Source of the DNA: Calditrichia bacterium
GTDB lineage: Bacteria > Calditrichota > Calditrichia > JAJRVZ01
Assembly: GCA_963777955.1 (NCBI GenBank)
Contig: CAVZSQ010000015.1
Location: forward strand, 160,001 to 224,000
DNA length: 64,000 nucleotides
Direction: 5' to 3'
A program made the translations under genes and the position numbers. Of the stretch, positions 19,253 to 29,720 are shown piece by piece. The first letter of the stretch is position 1, and every line of letters starts with the position of its first letter. A model generated the notes under the pieces. It was given only the letters and a program-made list of their open reading frames with translations, was not told where the DNA came from and made no database searches.

Positions 19253-19861
19253 TTAATTATTCCGACTTACTCCGGCAGGCAGGTTCTGTCTTTTAAGCAA
19301 GGTCTTGATAAAGTAATTATGAATCCGCGTATCATCGGTCAGTTCAGGATGGAAAGTACAGACCAGAATGTTATCGGCAGCAGCCATCACGATATCATCA
19401 TGATGCCGGCCTAATATCTGTATATTCTTGCCGTATTGCCCTATCTTAGGCGCGCGAATAAAAACACCGGTAAAAGTTGAAGAACTGCCGTTCAGGTTAA
19501 TCTGGATCTGATCGACGAATGATTCCCGCTGCCGGCCATAAGCATTACGTTTAACTTCAAGATCAATGAGCCCTAAAGAATAATCCCCGGTACTATCAAC
19601 GGTCCTGGCCAGAACAATTAAACCTGCACAGGTGCCCATCAGCGGATGATGTGTGGCATATTGCCGGATAGTCTTATCCAGGCCGAATTCCTTAAAGAAT
19701 TTTATCAGGGTGGTAGATTCTCCCCCGGGGATAATCAGAGCATCAGTTTGCATAAGTTGCTCGCTGGTACGGACTTCCACTACTTCCTGACCGAGACTCA
19801 GCAACATTTGCCTGTGTTTTTCAAAATCACCCTGAATAGCCAGAACACCGATAGGTTTCAC
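19253..19861 (-). CDS. pdxT: PLP synthase glutaminase subunit
   Basis: GVLAIQGDF, IIPGGESTT, GTCAGLI, RNAYGRQ, FHPELT. Confidence 0.98.
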   Translation of the reverse strand: MKPIGVLAIQGDFEKHRQMLLSLGQEVVEVRTSEQLMQTDALIIPGGESTTLIKFFKEFGLDKTIRQYATHHPLMGTCAGLIVLARTVDSTGDYSLGLIDLEVKRNAYGRQRESFVDQIQINLNGSSSTFTGVFIRAPKIGQYGKNIQILGRHHDDIVMAAADNILVCTFHPELTDDTRIHNYFIKTLLKRQNLPAGVSRNN

Positions 19862-20742
19862 TACCAGCCCCGGGTCTGTAAAAGTTCTGCGGCAGGCAAC
19901 TTGGCGACATCAATGCCGCGCATGGCTTCCCCTAATCCTTCGCTGGCTTTGGCTACCAGTTCCGGATCGTTATAGTGCGTAGTGGCCAGCACGATTGCTT
20001 TGGCCCGCAAGGCCGGATCGCTTGATTTAAATATACCAGAACCGACAAAAACCGCTTCAGCGCCGAGTTGCATCATCAGCGACGCATCAGCCGGCGTGGC
20101 AATACCGCCTGCGGCGAAATTGGGTACGGGTAACTTACCATGATCATGAACGTACTTAACCAGGAGCGAGGACGCACCGAGCGCTTTAGCATGTGCCACA
20201 ATTTCTTCATCTCCCAGGGTGGTAATATGTTTGATCCCCTGCTGCACTTTGCGCATATGGCGGACGGCTTCCACAATATCCCCGGAACCTGCCTCGCCCT
20301 TGGTGCGAATCATGGCTGCACCTTCATCGATACGGCGCAAGGCTTCACCGAGATCGCGGCAGCCGCAGACGAACGGAATTTTAAAAGGGTGTTTCCAGAT
20401 GTGGTGCTCTTCATCAGCCGGTGTCAGTACCTCACTTTCGTCAATAAAATCAATAGCCAGTGCCTCCAGAACCTGAGCTTCGGCAAAATGTCCGATACGG
20501 CACTTAGCCATTACCGGGATAGAAACATTATCCTGTATCTGCTTGATAATTTTGGGATTAGACATGCGTGCCACACCCCCATCCGCGCGAATATCAGCCG
20601 GGATGCGTTCCAGAGCCATAACGGCAACTGCTCCGGCATCTTCAGCAATTTTTGCCTGTTCCGGGGTGGTCACATCCATGATTACACCACCTTTGAGCAT
20701 TTCCGCCAGCCCTACTTTTAATAAAAAATCTTTATCCAGCAT
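19861..20742 (-). CDS. pdxS: PLP synthase lyase subunit
   Basis: [45 protein letters not shown]. Confidence 0.99.
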   Translation of the reverse strand: MLDKDFLLKVGLAEMLKGGVIMDVTTPEQAKIAEDAGAVAVMALERIPADIRADGGVARMSNPKIIKQIQDNVSIPVMAKCRIGHFAEAQVLEALAIDFIDESEVLTPADEEHHIWKHPFKIPFVCGCRDLGEALRRIDEGAAMIRTKGEAGSGDIVEAVRHMRKVQQGIKHITTLGDEEIVAHAKALGASSLLVKYVHDHGKLPVPNFAAGGIATPADASLMMQLGAEAVFVGSGIFKSSDPALRAKAIVLATTHYNDPELVAKASEGLGEAMRGIDVAKLPAAELLQTRGW

Positions 20743-20906
20743 AAGAATTCTCCTAGCATTTCTAAAACCGGTAATTTACCATCTAAGCAATGTAAAGTCA
20801 ATTCAAGGCACGGACATTTAAGTTCGTAAAACGGAGTAAAAAACCGGATTCTGATACTCAGAATAAAACAGTACTTAATATACCGACAGGTTACTGTGCA
20901 GTGTTA

Positions 20907-21923
20907 CTACACAGTAACCTCTGAACGGATACGCTCATGAATAGTATCAAGTATTCGGGGAATATCCTTGATAAATCCGTGAATGAACAGACTACCCATA
21001 CCCCGGTAAGCCAGGGGCCCGGCGAAAAACAGATTCTTTATTCCGCGCGCTTCTCCGCTGGCGGAAACAGACGGGAATTGAGTCTGACGATCCAGTTTTA
21101 ATGGCAAGGCTGATAGCAGGTCTAACACAGGCTGGTACCCGGTGGCACAAATAATCCGGTTAAAATGTATAATGCTGCGGTCAAGGTGAAGCGAGGTTCC
21201 TTTAACTCTGCGAATATCCGCCTGCTGTACATGCCGGATTAATTTCATCGCGATCAGTTCCAGTAAATAACTTTCCGAAATACCGCGGATATCGCACAGA
21301 TTTCTGGTGTCACTGAAGAATTTCAGGCGGTCACGGGTTATCAGGAAGACCTGGGCTGAACCGGCCAGTTCAATGGCAATCTCCGCTCCGCTGTTTCCGC
21401 CGCCGATAATAATTACTCTCTGACCTTTAAATGAGTCAGGAGTTTTATAAAAATGCGAATGCAGTACCTGAGCATGACCACGCAGGCCGGGAATATCAGG
21501 GATATAGGGATTACCAAACATACCGGTACATACCAGAATAATTTGAGCTCTGATTTCGGCCCGGTTGGAAGCCAGTTTAAAATAGTTTTCTGTTTTTTCT
21601 ATTTTATAAATCGCGGTATCGGTGGCCAGATGCAGTTTAAAGTGTTCTGCATAGGATTCCAGGTAGTTAACAAATTCCTGCGCGCTGCAGTAAGGTCGTT
21701 TTACCCCCAGTTTCCAGATTGGAAAAGCGGGAGATATACTGGTCCAGTCACGCTGGGGATGACCGGGCGACAGCATAGGCATAGTGGCTCGTATTTCCCG
21801 CCAGGCCTGGCCCACTTTGCCCCGCTCCAGGATCAGATAATCCAGACCCAGCCGCTGTGCTTCTGCACCGGCCCGCAGTCCTGCCGGACCGGCACCGATT
21901 ATAATCAATTCTTTTTGTTCCAT
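20907..21923 (-). CDS. FAD/NAD(P)-dependent oxidoreductase (Pyr_redox_3 / flavin monooxygenase-like)
   Basis: IIGAGPAG, CTGMF, LHSHFYK, IIGGGNSG, CATGY. Confidence 0.85.
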   Translation of the reverse strand: MEQKELIIIGAGPAGLRAGAEAQRLGLDYLILERGKVGQAWREIRATMPMLSPGHPQRDWTSISPAFPIWKLGVKRPYCSAQEFVNYLESYAEHFKLHLATDTAIYKIEKTENYFKLASNRAEIRAQIILVCTGMFGNPYIPDIPGLRGHAQVLHSHFYKTPDSFKGQRVIIIGGGNSGAEIAIELAGSAQVFLITRDRLKFFSDTRNLCDIRGISESYLLELIAMKLIRHVQQADIRRVKGTSLHLDRSIIHFNRIICATGYQPVLDLLSALPLKLDRQTQFPSVSASGEARGIKNLFFAGPLAYRGMGSLFIHGFIKDIPRILDTIHERIRSEVTV

Positions 21924-21937
21924 TGCTGATTGTCCGT

Positions 21938-22531
21938 TTATTTTTTATCCTGCTCTGCCCCGGCACTCTGATTCAATAACCCGATTATTTCTTCCCGGCC
22001 GGTTTTATCTTTTGTCGAGAAAGGTATGATGATTGTTTGCGGGAATAAAACATTAATCCTTTGCCAGGCCCGCTTAAATTCATTGTACGACAGTTTATCA
22101 CATTTGGTCAGGATAATAACAAATGGGATGCGGTTGTGCTGCAGCCAGTCGATACTATACCGATCCGAATCTAATTCCGGATGGCGGCTGTCGATCAGGG
22201 CTAAAACCAGTCTGATTTGCCGGTTTTTCAGCAGAAAGTCGCCCAGCAGGTCATCCCAGTTCCGGGCGGAATCATCTTTTTTTTTGATAAAACCGTAACC
22301 CGGTAAATCGACCAGGTAGAGTTTATGATCAATATCAAAATAATTGATCAGCCTGGTTTTACCGGGTGTCGAACTGGTTTTCGCCAGGTTTTTTCGCTGG
22401 AGTACTGTGTTAATTAACGAAGATTTGCCTACATTTGACCGGCCGATAATCACTACTTCCGGATGCATGGATCCTGGTTTATCCCGCCGGCTGAGAACAC
22501 CCTTTACGTATGAGCTGTTATGAAGATTCAT
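21938..22531 (-). CDS. engB: Ribosome biogenesis GTPase EngB/YihA
   Basis: GRSNVGKSSLIN, TPGKTR, DLPGYG, TKCDK. Confidence 0.96.
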   Translation of the reverse strand: MNLHNSSYVKGVLSRRDKPGSMHPEVVIIGRSNVGKSSLINTVLQRKNLAKTSSTPGKTRLINYFDIDHKLYLVDLPGYGFIKKKDDSARNWDDLLGDFLLKNRQIRLVLALIDSRHPELDSDRYSIDWLQHNRIPFVIILTKCDKLSYNEFKRAWQRINVLFPQTIIIPFSTKDKTGREEIIGLLNQSAGAEQDKK

Positions 22532-22554
22532 TTTAAAGGGGCAAGGTTGTGTTT

Positions 22555-22878
22555 TTATAGATGTTTTGACAATTTCGATTCTAATAAGGATTTCGGTACA
22601 GCGCCAAGAAACTTATCGACAATCTGTCCGTTTTTAAATACCAGTAAGGTGGGGATGGAACGAATCCCATATTTTGTGGCCGTTTGCGGATTATGATCTA
22701 CATCCAGTTTCACCACTTTTAATTTATCTTTTTTTTCAGTGGCCAGATCTTCAATTATCGGGGCAATCATCCGGCAGGGTACGCACCATATGGCCCAGAA
22801 ATCCACCAGTACCGGAAGTTCCGCTTTTAACACTTCGGCATCGAAGTTAGCATCAGTCACGTCCACATAATTTCCCAT
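22555..22878 (-). CDS. trxA: Thioredoxin
   Basis: LVDFWAIWCVPCRMIAP, YGIRSIPTL; GGAGG SD. Confidence 0.95.
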   Translation of the reverse strand: MGNYVDVTDANFDAEVLKAELPVLVDFWAIWCVPCRMIAPIIEDLATEKKDKLKVVKLDVDHNPQTATKYGIRSIPTLLVFKNGQIVDKFLGAVPKSLLESKLSKHL

Positions 22879-23027
22879 TTTTCCTCCACACTTGTGTACA
22901 ATCCATTCGGTCTTATATTTTCATGTTTCAAATTTTAAATATTAAATTTAAACAGCTTTTGGATATTCTTCAAATCTAAATGAAAACAAATGTCCAGGTA
23001 CCAGGCTTGATATAAAATAACAGATAA

Positions 23028-23498
23028 TCAGTTTCTACCCAGGCTGATGATTCTTATGACAGCCCGGGTCGTACCCGTTGCAATCAGATCAATTTCTTTA
23101 GCTGCCTGATAAGATAAGTCCAGGATACGGTCCGCCTTAAACGGACCACGATCGTTGATCCGCACTATTACCGATTTACCATTACTGCTATTGGTTACCT
23201 GCAATACTGAATTGAAAGGCAGATACAAATGAGCAGCAGTTTTGTCGTACATATTAAAGATTTCACCATTGGCAGTTTTGCGTCCATGGAACTCATGAGC
23301 ATAATAGGAAATGATACCGGTCAGGGTCTGCCCTTGCCGGTATATTTTCTCCACGCCGTTTTTTGTTTCAGGTCCGGGTGCCGCGGAATATCTCACGCTT
23401 GGACTGCAGCCGGCCAGGATTAAAATAAATAAATTCAATATAAGAAAACCTGGAAAGCGTGAATGGCCTCGGGATCTGGTTGGTACAGGCATAGTCAA
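23028..23498 (-). CDS. rlpA: RlpA family lytic transglycosylase lipoprotein
   Basis: LAGC lipobox, SYYA..FHGRKTANGE, TAAH.YLPF, VRINDRGPF, LDLS. Confidence 0.9.
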   Translation of the reverse strand: MTMPVPTRSRGHSRFPGFLILNLFILILAGCSPSVRYSAAPGPETKNGVEKIYRQGQTLTGIISYYAHEFHGRKTANGEIFNMYDKTAAHLYLPFNSVLQVTNSSNGKSVIVRINDRGPFKADRILDLSYQAAKEIDLIATGTTRAVIRIISLGRN

Positions 23499-23502
23499 CG
23501 CG

Positions 23503-25444
23503 CTAGTCGTCAGGTCTGGATTCAGGCGGAATGAACCGGGTTGAATCGTCTGTTGGTACCGTTATTTTCTCCGGTTCCTGGATCGAGGTAGTGTCAGCAG
23601 CAGGGATTTCTTTATCTATTTCCTCTGTTTCGACAGGTATTTTAATTTTATTTTTAGCAATCTGAGCTGTCTTGGACTCAGGATATTCCTGGGCCAGTTT
23701 GGTATAGGCTTCAACAGCCTTAGCTGAAATTTCCTAATTTCCGTTCATAGATCCAGGCCACCGCATATCGTGATTTTTCCGCCCAGAGTGTGCCGGAATC
23801 CTGTATGGCAATCTGATTAAACAGTTCAATGGCATCATCATATCTGTCGGTAAACAGAAAAGATTCGGCGCGCAAATATTCAGTTTTTATCGAATCGGTT
23901 ACCATGACTTTTTCCGGTTTCATAGTTTCCGCTTTTACCCGTATATAATCAGCATATACGGATGAAGGAAACTGAGTCAGAATGATATTTCTATATTGTT
24001 CGGCATTATTAGAGTCAGCCTGAGCGTAGGTAGCAATATAATATAAAGCATAGTATGCTTTGGCGATAAGGGACGAATCAGCGGAGTGAGCAATGAAATT
24101 ATCGTAAGCCACCCGGGCACTGTCATAATATTGAATGTTCAGTAAAAAGAACTCGGCCAGCGCGAAGCGGTTCTTATCCAGTGAAATTTTTAGCTGAGCA
24201 AGCGATCGATTGGGTTGCGGCGCTTCGCTTGCTTTATCATCCTGCTTCGCTTTAAGTGCTGGTTTCGCCGCCAGGGTATCCGGTCTGGCGACGGACGAGT
24301 CTATGGCAGTATTAATCAATAACGAATCTGCTGAATTTACTGAAGCCAGTTCAGCTAGATCTTTGTTAATACTATCCTTGATTTTTAAATATGTTTGCAA
24401 TAACTGGGCTTGTTTAACTGCCTCATCCTTATATTTTGAGTTTCTGTCTTCCCTTTCGACCCGCAGGTATAATTTTTGCGCCGAATCGGGATCTGCAAAA
24501 TATGTTTCCTGTAATTGGGCCAGCCGGTAAGCAGCCATCCCTGAGCCCTCGCTGCGGGGATATTTTTCCAGGATAAAGTTGAATTTCTCAACTGCCAGGT
24601 CATATTTGTTTTGCAGTGTGAAACATTCGCCTAATCTGGCTTCAAAGTAAGCATAGTAGTCGACGAAACGGCTCTGGGTCAACAAGCCGCTTAGGGTTTC
24701 ACCAGCCTGTGCATAATCTTCCATCAGGATTAAAGTAGATACTTTTTTGGACTGAGCATCGAAATCAATTTTAAGCGGAGCAGAATACTTGCTGACCAGA
24801 TCATAATTATCAATTGCTTTAGCGTAATCTGCTCCGGTGAAGTAAATATCCCCGATTAATAATTGAGCAGACGAAGAAAGATTATCGTCGTCGGACCTGG
24901 CAATGCAGTTGCGGAGATTGTTCAGAGTCGGTTCATAATTTTTCTGCTGTAAAAAGATTTCGGCCAGGTAATAATAAGCCTGGGCGGTTATATCTTTCTG
25001 GTGGGATTCGGCAATGATCGAATTCAGATATTCACTGGCCTGGTCGGATTTGCCCAGTTTGATCATCGATTTGGCCAGCCATAGAGTCGCCTCGGGTATG
25101 AGTTTGCTTTTTGGATAGCGGCTGAGGAATTGCGTCAGGTATCGTTCCGAATTGGTATATTCCGCTATCTGGTAATGACTCTTGGCAATCAGCAGGAAGG
25201 CATCGTCGGCGTATTTACTGCTGTCACTATAGAGGTTGATTAATTTCCAGCATTTATCGATGGCTGAATTAAAATCTTTACGCACGTCTGCAGGAACCTC
25301 GGTTTCTTTACTTGCGCTTAACTTTTTATTGGCGGCATCATATACTTCAAGAGCATTAAAGAGTGTATTATAATAGGCACAGCCGGTAATAAGCAGCAGG
25401 TATAAAGTAAAAACCAGTCTGTTTATTTTAATGGTTCGCAACAT
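23503..25444 (-). CDS. TPR-repeat lipoprotein, frameshifted near 23730
   Basis: ITGC lipobox, AYYNTLFNA, multiple TPRs; alternative frame continues KAVEAYTKLAQEYPES to TAG at 23503-23505. Confidence 0.8.
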
Positions 25445-25541
25445 AATCCTGATTGAATTTTATAACTTTATACTGGGCAAGGCTGGATTGGTTTCCGCTA
25501 AAAATCATTTTAGCCTGCGGGATTTCTATGCTTAGCCCTGT

Positions 25542-26279
25542 TCACTTGATATGTATTTTTTCGATGACCATTGCCATTTGCGGCAGAATTTTTCCCGAGG
25601 GTCCACGCAAAGTTTCGTTGCTATGTACCGAAAGTGGTGTCTCTTCTTCATTAATCTCCACCAGATAAGCGCCGTTGGCTTTGGATAACAGGGGTAAGGA
25701 AGCAGCCGGTTCGACGACACCTGAGGTGCCGATGGAAAGAAATACTTCGCATTCTGCCGAGGCGTGCTGGGCTTTGCGCAATAACGTTTCATTCAGATTT
25801 TCACCGAATAGAACCACATCGGGTCTCAGCAAGGCATCGCATTTAGTGCAGGTGGGAATTGCTCCAACGGCAACTGCTGACGGGTACAGAGTATTGCACC
25901 TGCTGCAGCGGTTACGCAGAATGTTTCCATGCAGTTCAATTAATTTTTTACTGCCGGCGATTATATGCAGGTTATCAACATTCTGGGTAATGAGTGTAAA
26001 ATCCTTGAAATATCTTTCAAAATCAACCAGGGCATAATGGCCAAGGTTTGGCTTTATATTTTCCAGTGCTTTCCGTCGCCAGGAATAAAATTGCCAGAAT
26101 AACATGGGATTTTTTTGGAAAGCCTGGATAGTGGCCAATTCTTCCATTTTATGATTCTGCCATAATCCATCTTTACCGCGAAAAGTGGGCACACCGCTCT
26201 CTGCTGAAATACCGGCGCCGGTCAGAACCGTTACATTGGTTGCATCACGAAGTCTGGCTAATAATTTGTTACTGAACAT
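25542..26279 (-). CDS. cobB: NAD-dependent protein deacylase (Sir2)
   Basis: TGAGISAESGVPTFRG, TQNVDNLH, ELHG, CxxC/CxxC, RPDVVLFGE, IGTSG. Confidence 0.96.
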   Translation of the reverse strand: MFSNKLLARLRDATNVTVLTGAGISAESGVPTFRGKDGLWQNHKMEELATIQAFQKNPMLFWQFYSWRRKALENIKPNLGHYALVDFERYFKDFTLITQNVDNLHIIAGSKKLIELHGNILRNRCSRCNTLYPSAVAVGAIPTCTKCDALLRPDVVLFGENLNETLLRKAQHASAECEVFLSIGTSGVVEPAASLPLLSKANGAYLVEINEEETPLSVHSNETLRGPSGKILPQMAMVIEKIHIK

Positions 26280-26325
26280 ATTTTATGGCTTTATCTTAAG
26301 GTTTGTTACCATGATTAATAAATGT

Positions 26326-27445
26326 TCAATTCATATTTTTCAATAATGAGCCGGAATTTTCTAAATCGAAAAAATGAAGATGCTCAAGTGATAAGTATAA
26401 TGATAAATTTTGATTGACAGCCGCCTGAACAGTTGCCGGTGCACGTACGGTGAACATTTGTTCATTCTTTGAAAAGTAGAGAAAAATTTCGTTGCCCATT
26501 GGTTCGACCACTTCCACCCTGGCCTGCAGGTGCACCTGAGGGGTGCACCTCAGGACGATCCGCTGCGGGAACCAGGCTGAAATGTTCCGGCCGGACTCCC
26601 AGGACAACTTTTTGTCCGGAACTGAATGCATATCTGGCCGCGATCGGCTCAGGTATTACAAATTGCATAATATCGGCTTTAAATTCCAATTGATTATTAC
26701 GTTGCAGCTGGCCTTCAAAAAAATTCATTGCCGGACTGCCGATAAAACCGGCTACAAATCTGTTTTTTGGTTTTTCATAAAGAGTCATCGGTTGATCCAC
26801 CTGCTGCACGATGCCGTCTTTCATCACAGCGATACGATTACCCATGGTCATCGCCTCGACCTGGTCATGGGTGACATAAATCATGGTAGTAGCCAGACGC
26901 TGGTGCAATTTGCTGATCTCAATCCGCATCTGCACCCTTAATTTGGCATCGAGGTTGGACAGGGGCTCATCAAATAAAAAAACCTTGGGTTTGCGGACAA
27001 TAGCCCGGCCAAGCGCTACTCTTTGCCGTTGTCCGCCGGACAATGCTTTGGGCCGGCGCTCCAGCAGATCACTCAAACCCAGGATTTCGCTGGCATCATG
27101 TACACGTTTTTTTATCTCTTCCCGGGGATATTTGCGCAGTTTCAGACCAAAAGCCATATTTTCGTAAACCGTCATGTGTGGATACAAAGCATAGTTCTGA
27201 AAAACCATGGCTATATCGCGGTCTTTGGGAGGTAATGTATTCACGCATTGCTGGCCGATATATATTTCGCCACGGGTTACCTCCTCTAATCCGGCAATCA
27301 TCCGCAGGGTGGTAGATTTACCGCAACCGGATGGACCGACCAGCACCATAAATTCAGTATCCCGTATATGCAGTGACAGGTTTTTTACAACCTCGGTTTT
27401 TTCATCATAGATCTTAAATATATTTTTTAAAACCACTTCGGCCAT
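26326..27445 (-). CDS. Carbohydrate ABC transporter ATPase (MalK/UgpC/MsmX), frameshifted at ~26540
   Basis: [36 protein letters not shown] tail [10 protein letters not shown] lies in ORF 26326..26631. Confidence 0.92.
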
Positions 27446-27522
27446 GACTTTTTATCCTGTTGAAAAAGAAAGATTCTTCCTCGTCCGAATGACATTTTTA
27501 AGTGAAACTTAAAATAGACTGG

Positions 27523-28194
27523 TTATTGTAACACCAGTAATTGTGTTTCGGCATCTTTTGTTCTCTGCCCCGACTTGGATTCATCCACCAGTTTTTTAAA
27601 TTGTTCTTTAGCCTGTTCAATATCGCCAGCTTTCTTATAACAGATACCGGACAGATAAGCATAATTATCCGCTTCAATAAAGTCTCCGGCAATTTTTGAC
27701 GCTTTTTCGTACAGATTTGCTGCTGTGGCGAAGTTATGTTCGGTTTCATAACAAGCAGCCAGGCCGGCATAACCGGAAGCCAGTAAAATGTCACTGCCGG
27801 AGTATGAGTCGATAAATTGCTCAAAATAATCCTTGGCTTTAGTATAATCCCGGTATTGATAGTATATGTTAGCTAACAGAAACAAACCCTGTTGGCCTTC
27901 GGCCGTACCATTAAAATTCTGGATGAGATTTTGTAAACGGCTGGTGGCATTTTCATAATTGCCGTTGGTGTATTCGATTTGGGCTATGCCGAGCAGAGCG
28001 CTGGCTTCCTGACTGGTTTTTTGGCTGGAATGGCGATACCACATTATGAGTAGAATTATGACAAATAAACCAGCGACGACAAAAAATACCTGCTGGTTAT
28101 TCTCTTCTAAATAGTTCTTGACCTGCAGAGTAGTTTTGACCAGTTTATCTTCTTTCAGTTCCTGTCTGGTTATTTTGCGTTTCGGTTTGAGCAT
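27523..28194 (-). CDS. YfgM-like membrane-anchored TPR protein
   Basis: Basic N-terminus KRKITRQELKEDK, one TM helix, TPR repeats. Confidence 0.8.
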   Translation of the reverse strand: MLKPKRKITRQELKEDKLVKTTLQVKNYLEENNQQVFFVVAGLFVIILLIMWYRHSSQKTSQEASALLGIAQIEYTNGNYENATSRLQNLIQNFNGTAEGQQGLFLLANIYYQYRDYTKAKDYFEQFIDSYSGSDILLASGYAGLAACYETEHNFATAANLYEKASKIAGDFIEADNYAYLSGICYKKAGDIEQAKEQFKKLVDESKSGQRTKDAETQLLVLQ

Positions 28195-28305
28195 AAGTTA
28201 ACTCCGTTCAAATGTAATTCATCTGATTGATTGTATATTTTATCTGTGATCCTTTCTCAGTAAAATACCTTAACTAATTTATTAAAAATATTGAGTATAT
28301 ACAAA

Positions 28306-28382
28306 TGGTACCCCAGAGAGGATTTGAACCTCCGACCTTTGGTTTAGGAAACCACTGCTCTATCCTGCTGAGCTACTGGGGC
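28306..28382 (-). tRNA. tRNA-Arg(CCT)
   Basis: Minus strand GCCCCAGTAGCTCAGCAGGATAGAGCAGTGGTTTCCTAAACCAAAGGTCGGAGGTTCAAATCCTCTCTGGGGTACCA; anticodon CCT; CCA encoded. Confidence 0.97.
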
Positions 28383-28450
28383 AAAAAACAAGGATTTAAT
28401 GTATTGATTCAGAACTAACAAGGCAAGGAATTGAATTAATAAATTTTTGT

Positions 28451-28481
28451 AAAAAAAAGGGGATGTCATTGACATCCCCTT
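28451..28481 (-). terminator. Rho-independent terminator after the outer membrane barrel gene
   Basis: AGGGGATGTC-att-GACATCCCCT hairpin with an A8 run on + (U-tract on -). Confidence 0.85.
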
Positions 28482-28501
28482 CATTAAATTTAAAAAAACT
28501 A

Positions 28502-29686
28502 TTACTGACCCAGATGAATTACTGCACCCACGGTAACACGAAAATCATTGTAGGTGTAATTTACCGGATCGCCGTCTACTTCATCGCCTTCAAAGGTTTT
28601 GAATAACCCATTCGAAAGCTCCGTCAAGAATAATTCTGTCCATGATCAATCCGACACCAGCACTCAGACCAGTGAATGTAACCTGGTCATCATTGATGTC
28701 AAAATTTGTGGTGGGATTTGTAAAGAATCCCAAACGCACCGGCATCATATTATCACCGGCAGCCATCAGATATTCCAGACCTACATGGAAAGAATTACCG
28801 GTAATGTCGACATCTTCGAATATTTCAAAGGATTCGCCGTCAAATTCCAGTTCAACTTTATCTATCGGCCGTAAACGGTAATCGGCAGCCAGGGTCAGAT
28901 TGTCACTGGCGCGAAAAGCCAGACCGAAGTCCATGAACATCGGGAATTTGATACCCATTTCTTCACCTTCGGACTCAATGGTCAGGGTGTAGGGCAGTTT
29001 AAAGGCAGCGCCGATTGAGAATTGCGGTGATGGTTTTACCAGTGCTCCAAGTTCAATGGAGGTGCCGGAATAATCTTCGGATGAAGTATATTCCTCATCG
29101 GTATAAACAACTCCGCCGACTTCATAATAATCTGTCTCTTTATAATCTGTACTGCCCATGAGTATATTCAGGGTGGCACCCAGGGAGATCATTTCATTCA
29201 GTTGAAATCCAACCGCCGGTGAGATTGCATCCACACCGCCTTTGTTATCGGTCTCATATTCGGAAACAATAATCCTGCTCATCGATGGTCATGGTCATTT
29301 TTTCGGTTAGATTATAAATCCGGCGGTAGGCTATTCCACCAACCAGATTAAAATCGCTCAACTTGAACGGTATTACGAAACTGGCAAAATTAAGATTAAA
29401 ACTGGAACCGACTTCGGTTTCAGGATTAAATTCACTGTAATCAGTGGAGAGTGAACCGAATCCTAATTTACCGATCACGCTGGCTTCCATACTCATCAGC
29501 TGAGTTAAACCGGCCGGGTTCCAGGATATGGCGGTCGCATCATCCGCTAATCCGGTAAAGGCATAACCCATACCTGCAGCCCGTGCACCGTTACCATAGG
29601 GATTAAAATTGAAACCTGCCCTGAGCAAATGCTAACTGTGCCAGACAAATCATGAATACAACAACAAATAGTCCACTACGCTTCAT
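28502..29686 (-). CDS. OmpP1/FadL-type outer membrane beta-barrel, three frameshifts (~29620, ~29270, ~28600)
   Basis: GGAGG SD then signal peptide MKRSGLFVVVFMICLAQLAFAQ; GARAAGMGYAFTGLADDATAISWNPAGL plug motif; alternating beta strands; ends FRVTVGAVIHLGQ. Confidence 0.8.
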
Positions 29687-29720
29687 AGTACCCTCCTAGG
29701 TTTGTTAAGGTTTAATAAGA

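Noticed and set aside
20140..20721. Long antisense ORFs, e.g. 193 aa opposite pdxS, 182 aa opposite the CoA ligase, 192 aa opposite uvrD
   Set aside because: They overlap well-conserved genes on the other strand and show no recognisable motifs.
28306..28382. tRNA-Arg(CCT) as an integration site
   Set aside because: No duplicated tRNA 3' end or integrase noticed in the window.
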